DNA from: an uncultured Anaerolineaceae bacterium
GTDB lineage: Bacteria; Chloroflexota; Anaerolineae; Anaerolineales; E44-bin32
DNA length: 64,000 nucleotides
Assembly: GCA_964575425.1 (NCBI GenBank)
Contig: CAZNRD010000008.1
Span: 3,161 to 67,160 of the forward strand
Reading direction: 5' to 3'
Positions 10,737 to 20,196 of the stretch are shown one piece after another. The translations under genes were made by a program, and so were the position numbers. The notes beneath the pieces were generated by a model. The model saw nothing but the letters and a program-made list of their open reading frames with translations. It was not told the DNA's origin and searched no databases. Each line of letters starts with the position of its first letter. The stretch's first letter is position 1.

Positions 10737-12253
10737 ACCGGATCCTCCTCTTTGGCAACACCGGGCAGCTCGGGTGGGAATTGGATCGCTGCCTGGCCCC
10801 CCTGGGTGAGGTTACCGCCCTGGATCTGCCCCAGATCGACCTGGCTCGCCCGGCGATGGTCAGGGAGGTCATCCGCGCCCGCCACCCCGACCTGATCATC
10901 AACGCCACCGCATACACCGCCGTCGACAAGGCCGAATCGGAGCCGGACCTGGCCCGCCGCATCAATGCCGAAGCTCCTGGCATCATGGCAGAGGAATCCA
11001 GGCGGATCGGCGCGGCATTCATCCACTACTCGACGGACTACGTGTTCAACGGACAGGCCTGCCGGCCCTATACCGAGGCGGATAGTCTCGATCCACTCAG
11101 TGTCTATGGGGCGACCAAGCTGGAGGGAGAGGAAGTTGTTCGCCAAGTTGCTGGATCCTACCTGATCCTGCGGACGAGCTGGGTCTATAGTCTGCGGCGC
11201 AGGAGCTTCGTCACCCAGGTGATGGAATGGGCACGCACCCGACAGGTTCTCCGGGTGGCCACCGACCAGGTCGGCAGCCCGACGTGGTGCAGGATGCTGG
11301 CGGAGGCAACGGCGCATCTCATCGCTCGCCTTGAAGGTGCACCTGTCGATGCTCTGCGAGAGCATTCCGGCGTGTTTCATTTGGCGGGCAGCGGGGCCGC
11401 CAGCCGTTATGAATGGGCACGCCTGATCCTCAATCTCGACCCACACCGCGAGGAGCACACACTGCGAGAGCTCCAGCCCGCGCTTGCGTCTGAGTTCCCT
11501 TCCTCTGCACGGAGACCCGGCTACTCTGCGCTCAACTGCGACTTGTTCCACTCAACCTTCGGGCTGAGGCTTCCCGATTGGAGGCAGGCGCTCCGGCTGG
11601 CGATGTCTGATGACCAATGGAGAGGCTCTTCACTGCAGCCGGCCGCATGGACTCGGGAATCCAGTGATGACGGACCTGACGAGAACCCCCGTGCTCTGCG
11701 ACCGGCGCTCTTCCTGGATCGCGATGGTGTGATCATCGAGAACCGCGAGGACTACCTGCGCGCCTGGGATCAAGCGGCCATCATCCCCGGCGTGTTGTCA
11801 GCTCTTGCCCGTGCACGGTCCTCACCTTATGCCATCGTCATCATCACCAATCAGTCCGCCATCGGACGCGGCCTGATCGACCGATCCACGGCTGATGAGA
11901 TCAATGCCCGCTTGGTCGCTGCGATACAGGATGCCGGCGGGCGTGTGGATGGTGTGTTCATGTGTCCACATGCTCCCGAGGCCGGCTGCGACTGCCGCAA
12001 GCCGCAGCCGGGGCTTGTGCTGCAGGCAGCACGCGCTTTGTCTGTTGATCTTGCGCGATCGGTGCTTGTCGGAGATGCCCTGAGTGACATTCTGGCTGCA
12101 CGCGCCGCTGGCGTACCTCAGGCAATACTCGTTCGTACAGGCCGGGGGAACGAACAGCTTTCGCTCGCTGGAGACGCAGCCCTCGCCGACATCTGCATCT
12201 ATGACAACCTGCCCCAGGCGCTTGACGCGATCCTTGGCCACGAGTGCCAATGA
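10733..12253 (+). CDS. rmlD: Fusion: dTDP-4-dehydrorhamnose reductase (RmlD) + HAD-family D,D-heptose-1,7-bisphosphate phosphatase (GmhB-like)
   Basis: GTGA overlap; [39 protein letters not shown]; then in the same frame [22 protein letters not shown]-x-CDCRKP, VGDALSD. Confidence 0.88.
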   Translation: MNRILLFGNTGQLGWELDRCLAPLGEVTALDLPQIDLARPAMVREVIRARHPDLIINATAYTAVDKAESEPDLARRINAEAPGIMAEESRRIGAAFIHYSTDYVFNGQACRPYTEADSLDPLSVYGATKLEGEEVVRQVAGSYLILRTSWVYSLRRRSFVTQVMEWARTRQVLRVATDQVGSPTWCRMLAEATAHLIARLEGAPVDALREHSGVFHLAGSGAASRYEWARLILNLDPHREEHTLRELQPALASEFPSSARRPGYSALNCDLFHSTFGLRLPDWRQALRLAMSDDQWRGSSLQPAAWTRESSDDGPDENPRALRPALFLDRDGVIIENREDYLRAWDQAAIIPGVLSALARARSSPYAIVIITNQSAIGRGLIDRSTADEINARLVAAIQDAGGRVDGVFMCPHAPEAGCDCRKPQPGLVLQAARALSVDLARSVLVGDALSDILAARAAGVPQAILVRTGRGNEQLSLAGDAALADICIYDNLPQALDAILGHECQ

Positions 12254-12397
12254 ATGACGATGCCCGGCCTATTCTCAGGCCGGGCATCGAAATAGACGCT
12301 TCCTTGCAGTCAGTTGCGCGGGAAGCTAGGTGTCAGGCCGGTCTGTCGAAGGAGCGCCGCGCGAACGCCCCCGTCAACCGGAGGGCCTGTCGGAGAC

Positions 12398-14002
12398 TCA
12401 CCTTTTCTGCGCCGCGTCCAGGGCTGTCGCTGCCGGGTTGGCTCCGCCGGCCCCTCCCAGATACCCCTTGTAGTCTCCAAGCGTATCCAGGTCTGCTCGG
12501 GAAACCCGGTTGAGCACCATGCCCAGCACTGTCGCGCCGGCACGATCCAGCTGAGCCAGCATGGCACGTGCGGCGTTGCGCGACGTATGGCCAGGGCGAA
12601 CAATGACCAGCACCCCGTCAACCTTGGACGCCAGGACGGAGGCATCGGCGAGGCTAAACGGCGGTGCATCAACCACCAGGATTTCGGCCAGCGAGCGCGC
12701 CCCGACAAGGATCTCATCCATGCGCCGGGAGCTGAGCAGCTCGGTTGGGTTCGGCGGCGGCTTGCCGGCAGGAATCGCGAGCAGAAGGCCGTCACTGGCT
12801 ATGGTGACGATTTCGGCGGGTTCCTTGCGACTCAGAAAGATGTCGCTCAGACCAGGCGACATCGGTATGCCCAACAGTTTGTGGACGCCCGGCTGCCGCA
12901 GGTCGGCATCGACCACCGCTACGCTCTTGCCGGCATGCGCCATGGCCGATGCCAGGTGGACGGCAATTGTGGTCTTGCCTTCATCCGGACCGGGACTGGC
13001 CATCAAGATGGCCTGCAAAGGCCTGTCGACCGAAGCAAACTCGAGGTTGGTCCGCAAGACGCGCAGCGCCTCCATCAGGGCCGGCTGACTCGTCGGATCG
13101 GCCAGCATTCCTCCTTGCTTCTCACTGCCGCTGTCCGATGGCTTGATCTCCCCGATCATGCCGATGACCGGCAACCCCAGCAGCCGCAATGCCTCTTCCG
13201 GGGTCTTCAGCGAGGTATCCATGTACTCCAGCAAGTAGGTGGTGCTGCAACCCAGGATGCCGCCCGCCACCCCGGCCAGCAGGGCGAGCAGGATATCACT
13301 GGGCCCAATGGGGCGCTCCGGAAGGCCCGCCGGCTCGATGAGTGTCAGGAAGTTGACCGCTCCGCTCTCGCTGCTGGCCAGCAGCGTGGCATAGTTCGCC
13401 TGCAACGCGGCGAGTTTCGTCTGCAACGCCTCAAGCTCTGCCTGGGCACGGGCGATCTCCACGGCGCCGGTCAGTCCGACCAACCCCTCCTGCTGCGCAG
13501 CAATTCTCGCCTGCACCTCCTCGATGTTGGCTTGCAGGAAATCCAGCTGCTGGTCAATGAAGCGCTGACGGCCTTCTTGGGAGGCGACCGGGCCGGTGGG
13601 GCTAAGCAGGATGACCTGATTGGCTATCTCGTTGGCGACGGCCTGGGCCCGCTGCGGACTGGTGTCGGTGACGATGATCTCAACGAGCTGCGCCTCTGGG
13701 ATCGACCGGGTCTCATATCTTGGCAGCTCCGCCAGCCCCAGGGCCGCCTTGGTTGCGTTGCGCACAGGGTCGCGGCGCGCCAGTGCAGCGTAGGTGTCCG
13801 CGAGGCGTTCGCCGAGCCCGAGTTGTGTGGTGGTCGGATTGGGTTCAAACACTGTCCGACCAATCATCAAGGCGGCACGGGCCTGATAGGTCGGGGGAAG
13901 GTGGTTGAGGATTACTGCGCTGGCCACCAGGCCCACGCCGGCGGTACTTATCACCAACCACCACCACTTGCGAATCGGCGCCAAGTAGGATTGAAGATCC
14001 AT
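12398..14002 (-). CDS. Wzc/CpsD-like polysaccharide co-polymerase with BY-kinase domain
   Basis: N-terminal TM, coiled coil, second TM; EALRVLRTNL, Walker A SPGPDEGKTT, Walker A' VVDADLRQP, Walker B VVDAPP. Confidence 0.9.
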   Translation of the reverse strand: MDLQSYLAPIRKWWWLVISTAGVGLVASAVILNHLPPTYQARAALMIGRTVFEPNPTTTQLGLGERLADTYAALARRDPVRNATKAALGLAELPRYETRSIPEAQLVEIIVTDTSPQRAQAVANEIANQVILLSPTGPVASQEGRQRFIDQQLDFLQANIEEVQARIAAQQEGLVGLTGAVEIARAQAELEALQTKLAALQANYATLLASSESGAVNFLTLIEPAGLPERPIGPSDILLALLAGVAGGILGCSTTYLLEYMDTSLKTPEEALRLLGLPVIGMIGEIKPSDSGSEKQGGMLADPTSQPALMEALRVLRTNLEFASVDRPLQAILMASPGPDEGKTTIAVHLASAMAHAGKSVAVVDADLRQPGVHKLLGIPMSPGLSDIFLSRKEPAEIVTIASDGLLLAIPAGKPPPNPTELLSSRRMDEILVGARSLAEILVVDAPPFSLADASVLASKVDGVLVIVRPGHTSRNAARAMLAQLDRAGATVLGMVLNRVSRADLDTLGDYKGYLGGAGGANPAATALDAAQKR

Positions 14003-14195
14003 GACAGGTCCTATCGGCTGAGAGGCTCCGGCAGCATCCTGCCTTCGTCTCCAGGCACGGCACCCACTGATGATAACAGATCGATCAGCGCTGTGCCACA
14101 GCGACTGGCGGGAGGCCGCAGATGACCGGTCGATTCACTGCAGGAGCTGGCTGTCCAAGGCAGCAGCCGCAGGGCCAATGGTTGTGCTGGTCCAA

Positions 14196-15407
14196 TCAGG
14201 GCAGCTCGCCGTTCGGGCGCGGAGACGTAGCCTCAGCCATCGGGCGCACAAACCCCAGGATATCCGCCCCCGCCATGGAGACGCAGACGGCGACGGCGGC
14301 AAGCATGGCCACGTCGTCCTGCGTCAGCTGGGAACCCTGTCCTTGAACGATCGTCATCACCCCGGCAACGCGACCCCGGACCATCAACGGCACACAGGCT
14401 GCAGATCGCCGGACCTGCTCGTCTTTCTCCCACGCGGTTGGGAGCCAGCGCGGGTCATCAAGCGTGCTGCTGACCAGCGCCGGTTGGCGGTTGTCAATCA
14501 CCCAGCCGGCGAGCCCGCGCCGTACGGTGTCCTCCAGCCCGTGGGCTCGGCGAACGCTGCCTGCATAGGCCAGCGCCGCCTCGACGACACTTCGGTCCTC
14601 ATCCAGGATCAGGAGGCTGCCGCTGGTAGCACCCAGGCCCGAGACCGTCAACCCAAGGATACGCTGCAAGATGACGCCCGGATCATTGCCCGGCGTCAAC
14701 TCGCGGCCCAGCGCCGCCAGAAGCTCCAGCCGATCCCGGGCCTGGCCCGCTCCACTACCCGGAGCCTGGAGGGGGAGGTCGCGCTCAGTTGCCGGTTGAG
14801 GGGTCTCACGACTGAACAGGGCGCCCGGTTCCACCGGTATGCTCCCGCTGGGGTGGACCTCTTCGCGCAACGCCTTGCAGATCATGTGCTCGAGCGAGAG
14901 GTGGATGTCCTCCACGTGCTCTATCGTGCGACTGGGCACGTTGATGTGGATGGCGACCTTCGACCCCAGCTCGCCGCCATCGAATCCAGTCAGTCCGACG
15001 GTGGTTGCACCCAGCGCATTCGCCAGGTCGATGGCGCGCAGCACATTCGCTGAGTTGCCACTGGCTGAGATCCCGATCACAACATCGCCCGGCCTGGCCA
15101 GATTGGCCAGCTGCTCGGCAAACACGCTCTCGTAGCCATCGTCGTTGGCGTAGGCAGAGAACACCGCCATGTTGTCTGTCAGTCCGATCACCCGGAAGTG
15201 AGGACAGTCTGGACGGCGGGCGTTCTTCGCCAGGTCACAGACAAAGTGCGAGGCTGTCGACGCGCTCCCGCCGTTTCCCAGGATAAACACCTGCTGGCGT
15301 CGAAGCCGCGCCTGTTCCAGTAGCTGGATCACCTGCTCAATCTGTTCTACGGGCAGATTGTCCAGGGTCTCGTGAAGCTGGACGACGTACGTAAGAACAC
15401 GGCTCAT
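14196..15407 (-). CDS. gmhA: Sedoheptulose-7-phosphate isomerase (SIS domain) fused to a C-terminal GAF domain
   Basis: GNGGSASTASHF, ANDDGYESVFAEQL, GISASGNSANV, GLTGFDGG, EDIHLSLEHMI; C-terminal GAF-like GLAGWVIDNRQPALV…RSAACVPLMVRGRVAGVM; RBS GAGGAGG. Confidence 0.88.
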   Translation of the reverse strand: MSRVLTYVVQLHETLDNLPVEQIEQVIQLLEQARLRRQQVFILGNGGSASTASHFVCDLAKNARRPDCPHFRVIGLTDNMAVFSAYANDDGYESVFAEQLANLARPGDVVIGISASGNSANVLRAIDLANALGATTVGLTGFDGGELGSKVAIHINVPSRTIEHVEDIHLSLEHMICKALREEVHPSGSIPVEPGALFSRETPQPATERDLPLQAPGSGAGQARDRLELLAALGRELTPGNDPGVILQRILGLTVSGLGATSGSLLILDEDRSVVEAALAYAGSVRRAHGLEDTVRRGLAGWVIDNRQPALVSSTLDDPRWLPTAWEKDEQVRRSAACVPLMVRGRVAGVMTIVQGQGSQLTQDDVAMLAAVAVCVSMAGADILGFVRPMAEATSPRPNGELP

Positions 15408-15447
15408 GGCTACCTCCTCAGACAGTCGAAGGCCCAGTCCCTCTGAT

Positions 15448-16428
15448 CTACGCGCGCCGGTAGTTGAAGATCACCTTGGTGCCGTCGGGCTCCAGACCAA
15501 AGGAGAGTTCCGGAAGGTGTTTCAGGGCGGCACGAAGGTCGTCATGCCTCTCTCTAGGGCATGCCAGGATCATGAAGCCTCCTCCCCCCGCGCCGGTGAG
15601 CTTGCCGCCCAGTGCACCGGCGCGGCGAGCGACCTCATACAGATCGTCCACGTTGCCATTGCTGATCGTGCTTGCCATGCGCTTCTTCAGCTCCCACCCC
15701 TCGTGCAAGAGGCGGCCGATGTCGTCCAGCCTGCCAGCCTGCAGCTCAGCTCGCGCCTGCATGGCCAGCTGTTTTATTTGCCGTAGGATGGGCCGGCGCT
15801 CGCGGATATTGGAGCGCTGCTCGGCCAGAATCGCCTCCGATTGACGGGTGACGCCAGTGAAGAACAGCAGCAGGCTTTCGCTCAACCTGCGCTGGGTCTC
15901 ACCGCTCAGTTCGACGCGCTCGGTAGTCACGCTCCCATCGGTCTTGAATTCCATGAACCGCAGCCCACCGAGAGCCGCAATGTACTGGTCCTGCACGCCG
16001 ATGGGCTTGCCCAACATCTCAATCTCGATCCGACACGCCTCGCGCGCCAGCCGTTCAGCCGGGACGAGCTCACCCCGGTAGGTGTACATCGCGTGCAACG
16101 CACCGACCGTAACGGCGCTGGATGAGCCAAGGCCCGATCCGGCCGCCGGGATGTCGGCCATGGTCGTTATCTCGACCCCCTCCCGGATTCCCGTCAGGCG
16201 CATCGCTTCCCGAATCAACTCGTGCTGCACCTCATCGACCGACTCGACCATCTCGGTGCGCGTGTATCCGATGCGCAGCAGCCGGTCGAAGCGACGCTTA
16301 ATGGTCACGAAGATGTACTTATCGATGGCCGTGGTCAGTACACAGCCGCCCTCTTCGCGGTAGTAAGCGTCGAAGTCCGTTCCCCCGCCAAACAGGCTGA
16401 CCCGCAAAGGGGTCTGGACGATGATCAT
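15448..16428 (-). CDS. hddA: GHMP kinase, D-glycero-alpha-D-manno-heptose-7-phosphate kinase-like
   Basis: [44 protein letters not shown]; adjacent to gmhA. Confidence 0.85.
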   Translation of the reverse strand: MIIVQTPLRVSLFGGGTDFDAYYREEGGCVLTTAIDKYIFVTIKRRFDRLLRIGYTRTEMVESVDEVQHELIREAMRLTGIREGVEITTMADIPAAGSGLGSSSAVTVGALHAMYTYRGELVPAERLAREACRIEIEMLGKPIGVQDQYIAALGGLRFMEFKTDGSVTTERVELSGETQRRLSESLLLFFTGVTRQSEAILAEQRSNIRERRPILRQIKQLAMQARAELQAGRLDDIGRLLHEGWELKKRMASTISNGNVDDLYEVARRAGALGGKLTGAGGGGFMILACPRERHDDLRAALKHLPELSFGLEPDGTKVIFNYRRA

Positions 16429-17357
16429 GTCGGCTGCTCTGCGTTCCGGAAGTATTCAACCGTCCGCAGGATTCCATCTTCGAGACTCACCAACGCCTGC
16501 CAGCCGAGGTGGGAATAGACCTTTCCTGCATGCAGGAAGATGCGACGTGTCTCGCCGGCCTTGGGTGGGCCATAGCTCGGCCGCCGGGTGTAGCCCGTGG
16601 CCTGCGCGAGTACCTCGAAGATCTGGTTGATGGTTGTGCCACGAGCGGAACCCAGGTTGTATATCCCAGCGGCGTTGGGGTTTTCAAGCGCCAACAGGTT
16701 CGCTCGAGCGCAATCTCCGACGAAGACGAAGTCGCGTTCCTGTTCCCCATCCCCGTTGATGACAACCGGCTCGTCGGCAAGCATCTGGCCCGTGAAGATG
16801 GCCACAACTCCGGCTTCGCCATGGGGATCCTGGCGTGGACCATAGACATTCGGGTAGCGGAGCACAACATAGTCAAGCCCATAGAGCTGTCGATACATGT
16901 ACAGGTAGTGCTCGACGGTGTGCTTGCTGACGCCGTAGGGGCAGATCGGGTTGATGGGATGGCTCTCGTCGCAGGGCAGGTACTCCGGCTCCCCGTACAC
17001 GGCCCCTCCGGTTGAGATGTAGATCATGTGCTTGACCGCGTGACGCCGGGCGCACTCCAGCACATTGACCGATCCGAGGACGTTGACATCGGCGTCAAAG
17101 CGGGGGTCGGCTACCGACCAGCGGACGTCCATCTGGGCTGCGTGATGGTTGACCGCGTCAAAGCCCTCCCGGGCAAAGACCTCGTCCAACCCAGGATCGC
17201 GGATGTCGAGGCGATAGAAGGTGGCGGCAGGGTTCAGGTTCGACACCCGGCCGGTAGACAGGTCGTCGATGACGACGACTTGGTGACCTTGCTCGATGTA
17301 GGCATCAACGACGTGCGAGCCGATGAACCCGGCACCGCCGGTTACCAGGATCCTCAC
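16425..17357 (-). CDS. NAD-dependent sugar epimerase/dehydratase (UDP-glucose 4-epimerase-like SDR)
   Basis: GTG after GGAGG; [43 protein letters not shown]. Confidence 0.9.
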   Translation of the reverse strand: MRILVTGGAGFIGSHVVDAYIEQGHQVVVIDDLSTGRVSNLNPAATFYRLDIRDPGLDEVFAREGFDAVNHHAAQMDVRWSVADPRFDADVNVLGSVNVLECARRHAVKHMIYISTGGAVYGEPEYLPCDESHPINPICPYGVSKHTVEHYLYMYRQLYGLDYVVLRYPNVYGPRQDPHGEAGVVAIFTGQMLADEPVVINGDGEQERDFVFVGDCARANLLALENPNAAGIYNLGSARGTTINQIFEVLAQATGYTRRPSYGPPKAGETRRIFLHAGKVYSHLGWQALVSLEDGILRTVEYFRNAEQPT

Positions 17358-17428
17358 GGATTTGACCTCCAGATGGAATTCAGAGCGCGCCTCGGCGGAC
17401 AAGCCCCCGAGACCGGGCAGCGACAGGA

Positions 17429-18934
17429 TCAGTAGGCTCCCCGCCTCGTGAGCACAGCCGGTATCGTCCGGATTAGCAACTGAATATCGAACCAGAATGA
17501 GTAGTTGCGAATGTAGTACATGTCCATCCGGACCCGGTCATCGTACGAGACGTCCGAGCGCCCACTGACCTGCCACAGCCCTGTGATGCCAGGCTGGACA
17601 GTCAGCAGATTCAGGTCCCACTGACTGTACTTGCTGATCTCCTCTGGCGTGATCATTCGCGGTCCGACAAGCGACATCTCGCGGCGCAGGACATTGACCA
17701 GCTGCGGCAGTTCGTCCAGGCTGCTCCGGCGCAGGATGCGCCCAACCCTTGTCACCCGCGGGTCGTCCCTAAGCTTGTAATTCACCTGAAGCTCCCGCGC
17801 AAGGTCGGTGCAGCGCTGCAGGACAGCGTCGCTATCAACCCGCATCGTGCGGAACTTGAAGGCGTCAAACTGCCGCCCCCGCGCACCCAGGACGCGTCGG
17901 CGGTAGATGACCGGGCCTGGCGAGTCCAGCCGGATAGCAATGGCGATGATCGCCAGCAGCGGGGCAAGCACAATCAAGCCCGGCACCGTGATGACGTAGT
18001 CCAACACGAACTTCCCAAAGCGCTCAGCGCTCGTCAATCTCATCTTGTTAACACCGACCAGTGGCACTGTGCCTAGCTCACGCACCTGCAAGCCAGTGGT
18101 GATGATCTCAAACAGACCTGACGATAGCCGGAGATTCACGTGCTCTGAGACGCCGAATCGCTTGAAGGTCGATACGATCTCATCTCGAGTCAGAGCAGAC
18201 GTCGCCAGAATCAGCTCTTCCACCCCGTTGCGCTGGATCAGCTCGTCCAGGCCGCCCAATCCGGACAGCACGCGCAACTGCCTCAGCACAGGGGTTCCCT
18301 CGGGCACCCGATCATCCACGAACCCAAGCAGGCGCAGTCCGGAAGTTGTCCAACTCAGGAGCTGTTCCGCCAGCGCCTTCCCTTCCGGGCCAGCGCCGAC
18401 GATGATCGCCGGACTCAGAAACCACCCGACGCGCCGCAGGGCGTAGATCACGCGGCGCAGCCAGAAACGCCCCGAGGAGGTGAACAGGAAGATCAGCCCC
18501 CAACCAAGAACCAGCCAGCCGCGAGACACGAGGACCTGTCCGAAGAAGCCGGCTGACATCATCACCAGAACCCAGATCGTGGAGGCATTGAAGATCAACG
18601 AGTACTCACGCACTCCGCCCAGCAGATTGCCCCGCTGGTAGCCACCCAAGACGCCGACCAACAACATCCAGGCCGGGATGGACAGCAGCGCAAGCAACTG
18701 ATAGCCCTGCATCACTGGAGCAACGTCGATCTCAAAGATCGGCAGCGCCAACTCAAAGCGAAACCAGTAGGCAACACGTAGTGCCGCACTGACGAGCAGG
18801 GCGTCCATCAGGACAAGACCGACGATGAGGCCGCGCCATTGCCAGACAAGAGGCCACGTCAGGCGCGCCAGCCGCGGTTCCATGCGGGGAACCGTCTCCA
18901 CGAGTGCCTCAAACCCGGGAGCGGATGACTTCAT
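17429..18934 (-). CDS. Priming polyprenyl-phosphate glycosyl-1-phosphate transferase (WcaJ/WbaP-like)
   Basis: N-terminal TMs, CoA-binding-like segment, FKFRTM, DPRVTRVGRILRRSSLDELPQLVNVL, PGITGLWQVSGRS. Confidence 0.93.
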   Translation of the reverse strand: MKSSAPGFEALVETVPRMEPRLARLTWPLVWQWRGLIVGLVLMDALLVSAALRVAYWFRFELALPIFEIDVAPVMQGYQLLALLSIPAWMLLVGVLGGYQRGNLLGGVREYSLIFNASTIWVLVMMSAGFFGQVLVSRGWLVLGWGLIFLFTSSGRFWLRRVIYALRRVGWFLSPAIIVGAGPEGKALAEQLLSWTTSGLRLLGFVDDRVPEGTPVLRQLRVLSGLGGLDELIQRNGVEELILATSALTRDEIVSTFKRFGVSEHVNLRLSSGLFEIITTGLQVRELGTVPLVGVNKMRLTSAERFGKFVLDYVITVPGLIVLAPLLAIIAIAIRLDSPGPVIYRRRVLGARGRQFDAFKFRTMRVDSDAVLQRCTDLARELQVNYKLRDDPRVTRVGRILRRSSLDELPQLVNVLRREMSLVGPRMITPEEISKYSQWDLNLLTVQPGITGLWQVSGRSDVSYDDRVRMDMYYIRNYSFWFDIQLLIRTIPAVLTRRGAY

Positions 18935-20135
18935 GGTAACTCTCCTCCAGTTGTGTCACGATGGCCGCCCAGCTGTGATGCGACTCAACATACGCTCGGC
19001 CTGCGGATCCCACCGCGCGACTCTTCGCTTCGTCCGACACAAGATGGACAACCGCGTTGGCCCAAGCCTCCGGGGTATCAGCCACAACCAGGTCGCGGCC
19101 GTCTACCGCCTCCAGCGCCGACATTGCCAGGGGTGACGCCACAACCGGGGTAGCACACGCCATAGCCTCCAGGACCTTGTTCTGGATTCCGGCTCCGTAG
19201 GCAACGGGAGCCACAGCCAACCCGGCTTGCTGGAGGTACGGCCGCAAGTCGGGGACCGTCCCCGTCACGGTGACACCCGGGACGCCACCCAACGCCCGCA
19301 CTTCCGCCGGAGGGTCCTTGCCCACCACCCACAAGCTCACCTCGGGCACGCGGTCTCGGATGAGGGGGAGTACATCGCGGACGAAACCCACGGCCATGAC
19401 GATGTTGGCGTGGTAGCTCATCTTCCCGGTCATCACCAGGGTCGTTGCCTGGCGCTTCCGGGCGTGATCTGGGCGAAAGTGGTCGAGATCCACACCGTTG
19501 GGTAGAACAGTAACCGGCACCGGTCGACCTTCGCTTCCGGCCAACGACCTCAGCGCGTCCGCATCAATGGCCGATGTGGCAAGTGTCCGGGCGAAGGACC
19601 TCACCAGGAGGCGCTCATACCATCGAGTCCGCCCCAACTCAAGTCGAGCAATGACGGCACGGGCCACGCCGGGCGCAAATCGCGCGGCTTGCTCGAAGAG
19701 CAGACTGATGCAGTCGACACTGTCCCAGACGATCGGCGTGGCCCCCTCCATCCTGCAGAGAGCGTCTCGGATGCACAGCGCGTACAGGGATCCCCGAAGG
19801 TGTTCCACGTGCGTGATGTCCGCATCCTGGGCAAGCGCCTTGGCTTGTCGGGCCAGCCCCGGATGCCAACTGTAAGCGGCCTGAAGTGGCAGGCGCGTCG
19901 GAAGGGCCCTCAGGCAGTTCGCCCAGGATCGCCATCGCGGCAGATGACCTGCGACAATCCTGAAGCATTCCTCGCGGAGCTCCTCCAGTTCCCGCCTTTC
20001 CTCCTCCGTAGCCCAGGCCGTCAGCAACGTCACGCGATGGCCGCGCGCCGCGAGTGTCCGAATCAGGTGGTAGGGACGAACGCGGATGCGGCTGGGCACA
20101 TAGGGGACAACGAACAGGATCTTTAGGTTATGCAT
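18909..20135 (-). CDS. Glycosyltransferase family 4
   Basis: PNGVDLDHF, GIQNKVLEAMACATPVV. Confidence 0.9.
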   Translation of the reverse strand: MHNLKILFVVPYVPSRIRVRPYHLIRTLAARGHRVTLLTAWATEEERRELEELREECFRIVAGHLPRWRSWANCLRALPTRLPLQAAYSWHPGLARQAKALAQDADITHVEHLRGSLYALCIRDALCRMEGATPIVWDSVDCISLLFEQAARFAPGVARAVIARLELGRTRWYERLLVRSFARTLATSAIDADALRSLAGSEGRPVPVTVLPNGVDLDHFRPDHARKRQATTLVMTGKMSYHANIVMAVGFVRDVLPLIRDRVPEVSLWVVGKDPPAEVRALGGVPGVTVTGTVPDLRPYLQQAGLAVAPVAYGAGIQNKVLEAMACATPVVASPLAMSALEAVDGRDLVVADTPEAWANAVVHLVSDEAKSRAVGSAGRAYVESHHSWAAIVTQLEESYHEVIRSRV

Positions 20136-20196
20136 CAGAGGACGATGGCAGACTACGGGAAGACCGCGCGACGACAGATGATGCTGAGGAACGACT

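Noticed and set aside
12314-14125. 603-aa plus-strand ORF
   Set aside because: Antisense shadow of the Wzc-like gene; no recognisable motifs; long shadow ORFs are expected at this GC content
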